In this document: piece after piece, positions 37,641 through 49,700 of the stretch
Layout of the letters: every line of letters starts with the position of its first letter
How positions within the stretch are numbered: position 1 is the stretch's first letter
From: Chiloscyllium plagiosum
Lineage: Eukaryota
Assembly (NCBI RefSeq): GCF_004010195.1
Contig: NC_057718.1
Coordinates: 15,970,555 to 16,031,231 of the forward strand
Direction: 5' to 3'
Length of the DNA stretch: 60,677 bases
Notes under the pieces: generated by a model
Told to the model about the DNA's origin: nothing
Databases searched by the model: none
Seen by the model: the letters and a program-made list of their open reading frames with translations, nothing else
Position numbers and translations under genes: made by a program

Positions 37641-38891
37641 CTTCCCCCGCCGGTGCATATATTTATTACTTTTTTTCATGGCTGTACGTTCTGGGCTTTG
37701 GGTCATGCTTTACGGTGCGGTTGGGGGTGTGCGTGATACAGAAATGTGGGAGACTTTGCCTTTTGGTGAGATGGGGGAATGATGATACTGATGATGGAGG
37801 AGGAGGGGTTACTGACTCTGGCCTAGTTATACCATCCTCCTCCATCACCGTAACTACTGCCAACTAATCCCAATAACAACTTTACACCACAATTGCGCCG
37901 GCGGGGGACCAACAATAACTTATTTGCGGATGTTTCCTTGTAATATTGGACGACTGTTATTTTTCTCCCCTTGACTGAGTTGAATTTATCAGGAAGGAGA
38001 AGAGGGGGTTGCTGGTGGGTGTAAAGGCCTGCGTGCAATTTTACTCAGCTGGGCTTTTTTTGTATTTCAAGGACTTGTTTTCGCACAACCGATCAGGAAT
38101 AAATATAGTGGCGACTATTTATAATCCAACCAGACTGCGTTTTACACTTTTACCGAACACGTTTTATGATTTTTTTAAATAACATACATACACACCAGAC
38201 TGATTCGGCGAATGTTTTGTGATTTTTGAAGAAAAAATAACGTTTGGATTTTTGTGGGCATTTATTCCTGTGCATTTGTTTTAATTTCGCTTTATTTTCA
38301 AGGTTTATATTTTAAACTTGTGAAAAGTATATGGCCTTGGGTGGAGGGCGTAGACAGACTGCGTCTACACAGCGTATGTTGTCAAATGTTTCTCTCATGC
38401 TACTTAAATCAATATTCATGGCTTAAAGATGACGAATAAACACTTGCTTTCATTTTTTGAACAAAAAAAACTATAAATCTATATTGACGAATTTAGAATG
38501 GAATGATGTGAATATTCTTATGAATAAGACTCTACAGGTAATGGGTTAACAATATTTGATCTGGAAAGTCAAATCTTGACCAAAAAAACTCAAGATTGCC
38601 GAAAATAACATCAGACACCGATTATTTACATCATTCCCAATTATGTATAGAAATAATTTTATTCGACTTATTTGAAAACAATATGTTTTAATGTTTTTGA
38701 GTTTTTCTTGGATCAACTGAAAAGCCAGGTTTATTTAGAAATCACTAATTTGTAAAAACGGATGTCCTTAAGTGTTAAATTTTCTTAAAGTATGTAATTA
38801 AATTATCACAAGACTGAGATTGTAATAATGTGATCATTTAAATGCGTCATTTTCGTGTTCAAGTTGTGATATTGTTTTTCCCTGGCAACAG

Positions 38892-38987
38892 TGGCTATCG
38901 GAGTGGAAGTTGCCTTGAGGAGGGAGCGGTGGGAAGGGCAGAGCCAGTCCCGAAGACGACTAACTGGGCTCGGGGGGGACCGCTAAT
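38892..38987 (+). other. AKT3: 5' UTR part of the first coding exon of AKT3
   Basis: Pyrimidine tract TTGTTTTTCCCTGGCAACAG ending in AG at 38890-38891; no ATG before 38988. Confidence 0.6.
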
Positions 38988-39033
38988 ATGAGTGATATAA
39001 CTATTGTAAAGGAAGGATGGGTGCAGAAAAGAG
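38988..39033 (+). CDS. AKT3: RAC-gamma serine/threonine kinase AKT3, first coding exon (start of the PH domain)
   Basis: 46 nt encoding MSDITIVKEGWVQKR+G, then GTAAG (phase 1). Matches the AKT3 N-terminus MSDVTIVKEGWVQKRG; AKT1 and AKT2 have WLHKRG. Confidence 0.93.
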
Positions 39034-40458
39034 GTAAGGTTACTTATATTAAATGTTCTCCCAAATTGTAAGCAAGTTAAAGACTGGAACCAGATTTTGA
39101 GGATGGATGAATGAAACTGGGCGGGGATGAGAATGTATCAGTAGAGTTTTGTGCGTAAAGAAACAGCGTAAGGCAGCGTGTTTTCAGTATTAACGTAACC
39201 GGTAAAATACTTGTAAACGTTTCTTTTTTGATTCGGGATGTTTGACATGTCAATTCTACATAACTTTCGAGTAGATTTTTAACTTTCTTTGAGTCACGCC
39301 TACTTCAGTTGTGCATTTGTTACATAGCACTCAAAATAGGAAACAGAACTGTTTGTGTATTAGTTTTGGCTTTCATCCATTTTTTTTCTGTTCAGTTGTT
39401 TTAAAGGTAATGTTTGCGGTTGATCCTTAGTGGCTTATGTTTATTCGCTTGTGCGATTTTAAAAATAGTTTAAGTGATTAGGGACTTTGGAAAGGACAAA
39501 GTAATTTCCTGTTTACTGAACTGACTTTCCTCCCTGCGGAGAAGTTGTGCATTTGTCTAATACTGTGGCGTTTAACTGTAACGTCGAGTCCTGCTGTTTA
39601 GGGGAAAAGTAGCTATTGTTTTTACATATTAGGCATGTGATTGGAAGAAGCACAGGCCAATTTACAAGGCGATAGATGTAGGTTTGGTCGAAACTTTGCT
39701 CTTGAAGCTTTTACAGACTGACTTTTAGAACTATTGATGTTCATTCAATTTAAAGACTTGTAAAACTCAGACTACATTTTTGGAAATTGTGCTTAGTTTT
39801 GTTATTTTGTTTCAAAACCCTGTTACTATCTGATTAGTTTTAATCTGGTTGGTCTATTGAGGAGGGAAAATAGTCTATCTACTATGTGAGCAGAAATGAT
39901 ACCTCTTAAAACACAGGAGCACTTGTGTTTTGAAGTTAGTTTCAGTAAAACAAAATTAACATTTTCCTGTTGACATCAGTCTTGCCTGTGTACAATATTT
40001 AATGCTGGCATTCAATCCGCAACATTAATATTGTGGAAATAATGAACAACTGCTGAATTAATATTGAATATTTAAAAAGCTTTTTATGTTGAAAAAGATC
40101 AGGTCCGTGGAACAATTTTCATGTTGTGTTGATACCTCTAAATCTAAAATAACATCAAGCATTTTGTGCTTATTTTTGGTTTAATCCAATCATTTGGTCC
40201 TTGGGGCTGATTTATTATAGAAATTAAAAATAAACCCTAATTTTCCCAATCAAAAAAATTAGATTAGGACAAGATTAATAGATTTTAACACCTGAAGGTA
40301 GGAGTCTAATATATGCTGTTCATGAGACAAGGATTTTTTTTCTTGAACTGTTATTTAGATTTTCTTGAAGGTCACTTTTTGTTTGCAGGGATTTCTTTTT
40401 CATTTTCATTGACTCCTTTATCAGGTGATGCAGTCACGTAGGCACATTAATTTCTCTA

Positions 40459-40648
40459 CAGGTCTTTCTGCTATAAAGCGACAGTTGTGTTCCTCTGCAA
40501 CTTCTTACTATATGGAAAACTGCTATAGAAATTGTTTTGTAGATGGCGGCTAATAGAAAATTGCTATACCTGTTTAGTAGAAAGTTTGCATTATCTCAAT
40601 AACGTCCTCAATTCGCTTTGACAAAACACGTTATAGCAGAATGACCTG
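40459..40648. mobile_element. Tigger/pogo-like MITE
   Basis: TA-CAGGTCTTTCTGCTATAA ... TTATAGCAGAATGACCTG-TA: imperfect TIRs with a TA duplication. Confidence 0.85.
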
Positions 40649-41779
40649 TATTTGTGAAATACTATATTTTGTGGTTCTTTAGAGAAAACAGCACAAATAC
40701 AAAGGCTGTGTGCATGTTTTTGTTAAATATTTGACTTTGAATCTATAAATGTTTGTTAACTTAATTATCCATATTTTAACTCCTTAGTGCAGGATAAGCC
40801 ACAAATCTTCAGCCTTTTAAATGTCAGGATACTCACTTCCAAGGATTTGACTGTGCAACAAGGGGAATGTACACATTAATTTTCACACCAAGCTAACAAT
40901 CAGATAATGAATTTAGTTTTGTTTCCCAAACTAATGTACCACCTCTTGATGTCTTAATAGGCATAGATTAGAAGACTTGAGCACAGAAGTTTCCTAGTTT
41001 ACATTAAAGACGCATTCCACTTTATAGAGATGGTTAATTCACTAACAGTGACTCCCAATGTTATATTTTTTTTAGTGGATGTTGAAAATCTATACACAAT
41101 ATAGAAATAAACAATTGTGACGGCTGAAATAATAGAATGTTGAAACACAGAAGGTGTCCGTTCAGTCAGTCATATGTGTAATGACTCTTTTAACAATTAT
41201 CAAATTGGTTCCCACTCCAACCTACGTTTGGATATAGCCTTGCAATTCTTTTCCTGCTAAATATTTATCCAATTTTTCATGCCTTGCTGCATTATTGCTT
41301 ATTATAGTCTCTTGTCAGAGAGCTAGAGGCTGAATTAAATAAGTTTTACAGTCAATTTAAATATGAAAAAACAATAATTCAGGCAAAAGGTTACTAGCAC
41401 AACTGTTGATTCTCTGGACAGCCATAGATTTGAGATTGCCTATAGATTGGATCACTGATAACTGCCCTCCATTTGGTGTCTTTAAAGAATTTGAGAACTA
41501 GACAATAAAATTCACTGGAGTTACCCAGCTCCTTGGCTTGTCTGCACCACCTATTTCCCCCCTCCACTGGTATCCTTGATCCTAACCTGTAATCCCTGAA
41601 TTCTAGCCATGTGATCAGAGAAGTTGAGACTGAGCATGAGAGAGACAATCATGTTTTGAGGAGCAGCTCCTTTGAGATTCTATGTTGACTGTAGGTCAAC
41701 ATTTCTCTCATTTAATGTCCTTGTCATTGTTTTAACAGCACTTTATTGTGGGTTTTGAAGTGCTGATTTGCCACCATTT

Positions 41780-42780
41780 CTTTTATTCATGCATGTTTTA
41801 TTGTGGCTAGTTGATGTTCATGTATCCTGGTGGCTAGATTTCTCAAATCTTCTCATAACTCATTAGTCAATGGTAAGCCTCAGAATGTTGATGGGGGTTT
41901 CAGTGATTGTAGTGCCATTGACAGTCAAGGGACGATGTTAAATTCTGTCTTATTGGAGATTATCATCTACTGGCATTAATGTGATTCGAATGTTACTTGA
42001 TCCAAACTGGGTAGATAAGCCTATCCAGGTCTGTCTGACTGGATTTGTTTTGCTTCAGAATCTCAGGAGTGGTGAATGGTGCTTTAGAATTTTTGATCAC
42101 CTGTAGAGACTTATTATTCAGCTTGTTGACATTCCACTCCCTATTTGTACAATCTTTTGATCTCGCTGCTTATAACTTGTGGCTGTGCGCTTCTCTTCAT
42201 TCCATCTGGCGAAGGAGCAGTACTCCAAAAGCGAGAGATTTCAAATAATCCTGTTGGGCTATAACTTCGTGTGGTGTTGCTTCTGGCCTTGTCCACTCCA
42301 GTCTCGTACTGGCACCTCCACAGCATAAATGAGCATTGTTGTGGGATATCCCCACTTCTGACCTTGCGATCGAGGGTAAGGCATTAAAGTACTGAAGATT
42401 GTTGGGTCTCGGACACTACCTTAAGGCATTCCTGCGTTGCGATCTTTGGGCTAACAACTGCAACCACCACCTTTTTGTGTTGGTTAGAACTCCAATCAGC
42501 AGAGTTTTCCTCCCTGATTCTCATCAACTTCAGTTTTGCTACGGCTCCTTTATACCAGACTTAGACAAATACTGCCTTGATGTTAAAGGCAGCTGATCTC
42601 ACCTCACCTTGCCTCTAGAATTCAACTGTCTTGACCATGTTTTGATCAAATCTGTAATGTTTGTGAATGAGTGGCCTTGTTGGAACCCAAACTGTGTTAG
42701 TAGCAGTTTGTTCTTTTGCAAGTTCTGTTTGATCAGATTCAACAATCCCTTCCATCACTTTGGTACTTTGAACGTGCTGA
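41780..42780 (-). mobile_element. Old LINE (CR1/L2-group) fragment, interrupted at ~42185-42325
   Basis: Degenerate minus-strand RT-like segments (ALDIK.VF..VW-like near 42540-42600). Confidence 0.5.
42185..42325 (+). mobile_element. Degenerate short element of the 57194-57584 family
   Basis: CTGGCGAAGGAGCAGTACTCCAAAAGC ... CCTGTTGGGCTATAAC ... CCAGTC ... CTGGCACCTCC. Confidence 0.7.
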
Positions 42781-42834
42781 GATGAGTTGCTATTTCGATC
42801 ACGCTTTTCACGTTAGTCATCCCAACACTTAAAT

Positions 42835-44035
42835 ATTACATCCTACTTCCTGTAAAGACACTTCCATTGTCTCAGTTCCTTCATCTCTGTTGCCTCTGTT
42901 TTGATGATACCAACTTCTCTATGCTCGCGCATGTATGCTTTCCCAAAAGGGACTCTGAAATGTTCACCTTCTTCCTCAACCAAGGATTCCCTGGCACAGT
43001 AGCTGACCAGGACCCTCTGCCAGGTCTGACCCATCACTTGCACTTCAGCCCTCTCACCCTTCTCTTCCCTCCCAACAGCGATTTGGGTTCTTGTCCTCAC
43101 CTATTGTCCCATCAGCATCCACATCCAGAGAATCGTTAGCTGCCATTTCTATCACCTCCGATGGGATGCCGCCACCAGGCACACATTTCTCTCCCCTATC
43201 CTGTCAGCTTTCCGCAAGGACAGCTTCCTCTGAGATAACCTGGTCCGCTCCCAACATCCCTCCCACAACCTCATGCACGTTTTCCCTGGATCCATAGAAG
43301 GTGTAATGCCTACCTGTTTACTTCCTCCGCTCCATTGGCCCAAACACACCTTCCAGGTGAAACCGCCATTTACATGCAGTTCACTCAATCTAGTCTACTG
43401 CACTCGCTGCTCACAATGTGGTCTCCTCTACATTGGGTAAACAAAGCATAGTCTGGGTGACCGCTTTGTGAACACCTACATTCTGTCTGCAAAAAAAACT
43501 GATCTTTTCATTGCCTGCCACTTTAACACACCACTCTGTCCCCTGGCCAGCGTCTGTCTCAGGCTAACTATGAGTTCCAGTACAGCTCAGCGCAAGCTGG
43601 AAGAACAGCACCTCATTTTCTGTTTGGGAGCTCTACAGCCTTCTGGACTCAATATAGAGTTTATTTTCAGGCAAATTTCAAGCTTGAGGCACATTCTCCC
43701 ATGATCTTAACTCCAGCCCCTGCACACTAGGCCTTGTCACATGGTCTGCTGTTGCACACCACCCATCATTAGTCACGAATAGTCCATCAACAGCTATTCA
43801 TTCTCCCAGGCTGATTGTTATCCATTCCTTTATCTGTCCAGCTGTCTTCTCTCTCTTTCTGGACTCTATCTCCATCTGTTGTTTACTCCTTACCCCCTAT
43901 CTTCTGCATCAAAAATCAGCTTTTTCCTAGCTGCCGTCAGTTCTGACGAAGGGTCACTGAACCTGAGCCATTAACTCTGATTTCTCTCCCCAGACACTAC
44001 CAGACATGCTGAACCTTTCCCGCAATTTCTGTTTT
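42835..44035 (+). mobile_element. Penelope-like element 3' relic (GIY-YIG and 3' repeat)
   Basis: FTCSSLNLVYCTRCSQCGLLYIG, HFN, QRKLEEQHLIFCLGALQPSGLNIEF; degenerate hammerhead-like CTGACGAAGGGTC at ~43943. Confidence 0.88.
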
Positions 44036-44406
44036 CTCTTAAGGTATTAATTATATTTGGAGTTTCTTGTTCTCAGTTGGTATTTGGTTATGAACTATAT
44101 TGCATGACTTAACTGACTAATTTTTACTCTGTTCTGTAACCCTGCTTTTTTTTTTATTTCGCCTTTTCAAGTGCCCATTAACTTCCTTTCTGAATCATCT
44201 TTTGCCTTCCTTTTTAGGCAGCATACTTAGATTGTAAGAACTTTTGGCATAAATGAAACAGCTATTTCCCTGTGAATCTTGACCATTCATCAGTGGAAAC
44301 AGTTTTTCAATACTATCTGTACCTTTTGAATTTCAAACATTTCATTCTGTCTCTCCATAACAATTTCTAATCTAAGGAGATGGTCCCGATCTTTGTTTTA
44401 ATTCTA

Positions 44407-44690
44407 GGGTGGCTCAGTGGTTAGCACTGATGCCTCACACCACCAGGGTTCTGGGTTCAATTTCCACTTGTCTGCGTGAGTTTCCTCCGGGTGCTCCGGT
44501 TTCCTCCCACAATCTAAAATTGTGCAGGTCAGGTAGATTGGCCATGCTAAACTGCCCAGTGTTAGGTGCATTAGTCAGAGGTAAATATAGGGTAGGAGAA
44601 TGGGTTTGGGTGGGTTTCTCTTTGGAGAGGCGGTGTGCACTTGTTGGGCCAAAGGTCCTGTTTCCACACTGTAGATAATCTAATCTAACT
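44407..44690 (+). mobile_element. HE1 SINE
   Basis: GTGGCTCAGTGGTTAGCAC, GGTTCAAT, V-domain, TCTAATCTAA tail. Confidence 0.9.
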
Positions 44691-46779
44691 CTTGTAAACA
44701 CCTTTTATGACATTGTTTTCTGTATGTGAGAAAACACAGGTTTTGATAATAGTTTTAATTTGTGTATGGGTTTGCTTAATCTGTTTAGCTGTAAATCGGG
44801 GGGAGTGGAGAAAAGTCTGAACACTACATCCTATTTCCATTGCCTGTGTGTTTAGAAGGTAATGTGAAGTATCAAAATAATATGAACTAGTCATTGCTAA
44901 ATTATTTTTGTACACAGAGCACTGCAATGATGTTTCAGTTTATGCTGATATATGTACTTTCTCTCTACTGTTATGTAAATAGTAACTTAGTCATTATTCC
45001 AATAGGTTACAATACCATGTATGTAATAATAAACGTGGCAACTACATGGTATCCTCTGAATATTGCTAGGTACTGTACTGACACTTGGTATATGATGAAA
45101 AAGAATTACACCCCTCCACCATTGCTGCAACTACCAAAAGGGAGTCTGAATCCTCATAATAAATATTCATACAAAATAAAAACTGTTTACAGCAATGTCT
45201 CGTTTCATGCTAATACTCTTGTGACTTGTAATTGGATTCCCTAAATATATCCTGTACCTAGAACTGAGTGAAGACTTCTATTAAAACATAATTGATCTTA
45301 TCGTCCTTTCATAACTGCTGTGATTTTTTTTCTAGATTGATGCTAGATGTGATTCCTTGATTTGCAGCTAACTCTTCTTTGTGTTTGAACTTTATCATTT
45401 ATGAGCCAATTAAAATTTTGGGGGCATCTCTTTGATTTCATTCTCTCACTAAAGTTAAGCCGTCTACTTCATTGTAGTTTTTTTTCAGAGTCATAGAGAT
45501 GTACAACATAGAAACATCTTTTGTTAATCTATCTCTAGCTGTTTTGAAATTATCTTGTTCTTTGGTATTGAAACTTCGATATGCTTCCATGGCCTGGGAT
45601 GATTTTTAAGCCATGGCTTTTTTTTTTTCTGCATTGTATTTGCTGTTTTGTACTGCTCTTTACCTTTTTGAGCCTTGTTGGTTTGTTTATATTTTCTGGA
45701 TTTTTTTAATTCCATCTCCAACTTTCTTTTTAATTGGCTTTTAAAAGGGAACAAAAAACTGATTTTAAATTGGACTCCAGCATCACCTAATCCGTAAAGG
45801 CTGCCCAAGCTTCACAAAGCCAATCTGGTTTAGATAAGGGTTAACATTGCCAATGGATAAAATCCTAAATTCAGGCTATCTCTTGCTTTTTTTTTTCCAG
45901 GGTTTCCAGTAATAAACTTGTTTTTTTTTTAAACTCAATATTGCATTTGACTTATTACTGCTGGATTAAAAGTTAGCATATTTATACCATCAGGTTAGTT
46001 ACTTCACAATCTCTACCTACTAGGGTATTGACATTTAGAGTGACCAATGAATTTGGTCATCTTTTAGCCATCCCTGAACACTGGATAATATCTTTTCCCA
46101 CTCCTCACAGGGTTTGGGCATGGATCTGTGTGCCAGTTTCAGGCAATACTGTACCATAGGCATCACTTCCATTTATGTAAACTATTTGGAATCAGTGGAT
46201 GGTTTTATAACTGGACTTCATCCTGTTACAAATTGTTGTTTATCTGGGCTTGGAAGTGGCATGTCCTTGTGTGTCTTCATTATTGGTTGGGTGGAATTCT
46301 TCCTTTTTGTGATTTGTTATGGGTGCTCTGACTGAGCAAGTGAGATGTGAAGAAATATAGTCAAAGTGAGAGGTTGTCAAAGGAGGTGAGAATGTAGATT
46401 TGAAGTTATCAGATCAGCCATCTCTGTTAAATGGTGGAGCAGTCTCAGGAGCTGAATGGCTACTTTTCCTTTTATGATCTTTTGACATGAGCTAAGTGAT
46501 GAGAACATGATTATCTATTAGGCAAAAATGACGAAAACCAGATCTAATATATTGACCATCATAGAGCCTAGAAAAGAGAATATGAGTGAAGGTGTGAAGA
46601 CCAGGAGAAAGTGAGTAGCTTCAAATTCCTGAGGTCCTTCAAGATTGATTAAAAATTGAAAGTATGGCTTTGGGGCAGGGTGGGGTTCAGCAGAAGAAGA
46701 ACCAAAGAGTTGGTGAGAAAAGAGGAGACTGGTACAGTTGGTAAGGGGAGCAAAGTCAAACAGTCAAGGCAGACAAGAG

Positions 46780-49700
46780 TTTGGCAGAGAATGAGGTAAA
46801 TTAAACTGCATTTGCTTAAATGCAAGATGCCTTACAGGTAAGGTGGGTGAACTTGGCATGGTTGGGAGCATGGGAATTGGAGATCATAACTATTACAGAA
46901 ATGTGACTCAGGGGTGGACAGAACTGGCAGCTTAATGCTCCCGGGTATAGATGCTATAGGAGGAATAGAAAGGGAGGCAAGAGAGGAGGGGGGAGTGACA
47001 TTTTTGGTTAGGGGACCTACACTTGGGGAGGAAATTTCTGAGAGGATATTCAGTGAAGTTATATGGGTGGAAGTGAGAAATAAGAAAGGGATGCTGACTT
47101 TGTTGGTATTGAATTATACCACCACCACCAAATTTGTGCTCTCTTTCGCATGCACCCCCATACACATACACACAGCAGAAAATAGAGAAGTAAATAAGTA
47201 GATTTTCAGATGTCCATAAGAATAACAGGGCTATAATCGTAGGGGATTTTCACTTTCCAGGCACACTGGGGCTGTCGTGGTGTTAAGGGCTTGGATGGGG
47301 AGGAATTTGTCAAGTGTATACAAGAAAACTAACTTAAATATATGGATGTACCTACTAAAGAAAGAGTAGTACTTGACCTTCTGTTAGGAAATAAGGCAGG
47401 ACAAGTGACTGAGGTGTCAGTGGGGGAGCACTTTGGGGCAAGTGATCATAATTCTATTACTTTTTAAATAGTTGTGGAAAAGGATAAAACTGATCTAAAA
47501 GTTAAAGTTGTAAATGGGAGCAAGGCCAATTTCAGAGGTACTAGGCAAAACTTTAAAAATTTGATTTGGGGGAGGTTGTTTGCTGGCAAAGGGACAGTTG
47601 AGAAGTGGGACCCCTTTTAAAAATGAGACTTCAGAGATGGTATGTTCTAGTTTGTGTGAAGGGTAAAATTGGCAGGTGATGAGAATGCGAGAGAGATTGA
47701 GACTCTGCTCAGAGGAAGCAAGGATTAGATATAGACAGCTGGGATCAAGTGAATCGCTAGAGGAGTATAAGGGTGATAGAATTATACTTGAGGGAAATTG
47801 GGAGGGCAAAAAGGGCACATAGCTTTGGCAAGAAGCGTTAGGAGAAAGCAGAGATTCTACAAGCACATTAAGAGCAAAAGAGTAACTAGGGAGAGAATAG
47901 AGCCCCTTAAAGATCAATATGGCTATCTTGTGTGAAGCCCAGGAGTTGGGTGAGATAATAAACAAATATTTCACATTAGTGTTTCCTGTGGAGTTGGACA
48001 TGGAAACTAGGGAGCTTGGGAAATAAAGTGATGTCCTGAAAAGAGTTTATATTTCAGAAGAGTTGCTGGAGATCTTGAAACGCATGAAGGTAGATAAATT
48101 GCTAGGACTTCATCAGGTATTTCCCAGAGGTTTGTGGGAAGCCAGGGAAGAGGTTGCTGGGCCCCTTGCTGAGATATTTGTATCATCAGCAGTCATGAGT
48201 GAGGCGCCAAAAGCCTGGAGGTTGACTAATGTGATACCATTATTTAAGAAAGGGAAGGAAAAGAAAAGACCGGGAACTATAGATTGGTGAGCCTTGCTTC
48301 AGTGGTGGGCAAGTTGTTGGAGGGGATTCTGAGGGACAGGATTTACGTGCATTTGGAAAGGACTAATTGGAAACATCCTAATTACATGTTTCCTACTCAC
48401 AAACATGGCTTTGTGATTGGTAAATCGTATCTCACTTAACTTCAGGTTTTTTTTGAAGAGGTGACAAAGAAGATTGAAGGCAGTAGTAGATGTCTATGTA
48501 GACTTGATCAAAGTTTTCAACAAGGTTCTACATGGTGGATTCATTTAGTAATATTAGATTACATGGGATTGAGTGGGGGAAGTTAGCCAATTTAGATATA
48601 AAATTGGCTTGATGGTAGGAGAGAGAGGTTGGTGATAAAGGGTTGCTTTTTGACTGGAAGCCTATGACCAGCAGAGTGTATAAGGGTTGGTGTTGGATCT
48701 GCTGATTTTTGTCATGTATATAAATGATTTGGATGTGTGGCTAGTAAGTTTGTTACCTCTCCAAAAAACTCAATCAAGTTTGTGAGACATGATTTCCCAC
48801 GATAATTGTATAAGGACTAACCTTGCCTTTTGGTACAACAAACAATATCTCTCATTTATCTGGATTGCCTTGGCAATAGGTGGTGCAGTGGACAGTGAAG
48901 AAGGTTATCGAAGAGTACAACAGGACCTTGATCAGGTGAGCCAAAGGGCTGGGCAGTGATAGATGGAGTTTAATTTATATATTTATGTGTGGTGTTTGTA
49001 TTTTGGTAAGGCAAACCAGAGCAGTACTTATACACTTGATGGTAGGGCCCTTAGGGCTGTTGTTGAATAAAGAGACCTAGGAGTACATGTTCAAAGTTCC
49101 TTGAAAGTGAAGTCGCAGGTTGACAGGATGGTGACAAAAGCATTTGGCACACTTGTTGGCCAGAAAATTGAGTATCGGAGTTGGGACATGTGCCTGTACA
49201 GGACACTTCTAGACACTGTGTGTAATCTGGTCACCCTTCTATAGGAAGATATTGTTAAATTTGAAGGCTGTAGAAAAGATTTAAAAGGCTATTGCCAGGA
49301 CTGGAAGGTTTGAGTTATAGGGAGAGCCTGAATAGCTGGGACTTTTTTCACTGAAACATCTGAGGCAGAGGGATGACCTTTATAGAAGTTTATGAAATCA
49401 TGAGCATGGATAATGGGAATAGCCAAGGCAATCTGGATAAATGTGAGATATTGTTTGTTGTACCAAAATACAAGGTTAGTGCTTATACAATTATTGTGGG
49501 AAATCATGTTTCACAAACTTGATTGAGTTTAAAGATTAACAAAGAGGATTAATGAGGGTAGAGCGGTAGATGTGATCTATATAGACTTCAGTAAGGGGTT
49601 CATTGGAGACTGGTGAGCAAGGTTAGATCTTACAGATTACAGGGAGAACTAGCCACTAGGATACAGAACTGGCTGAAAGGTAGAAGACAGAGGGTGGTGG

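Noticed and set aside
36917..38038. Short ORFs over the CpG-rich region
   Set aside because: Low-complexity products of GC-rich promoter and intron sequence with no recognisable homology.
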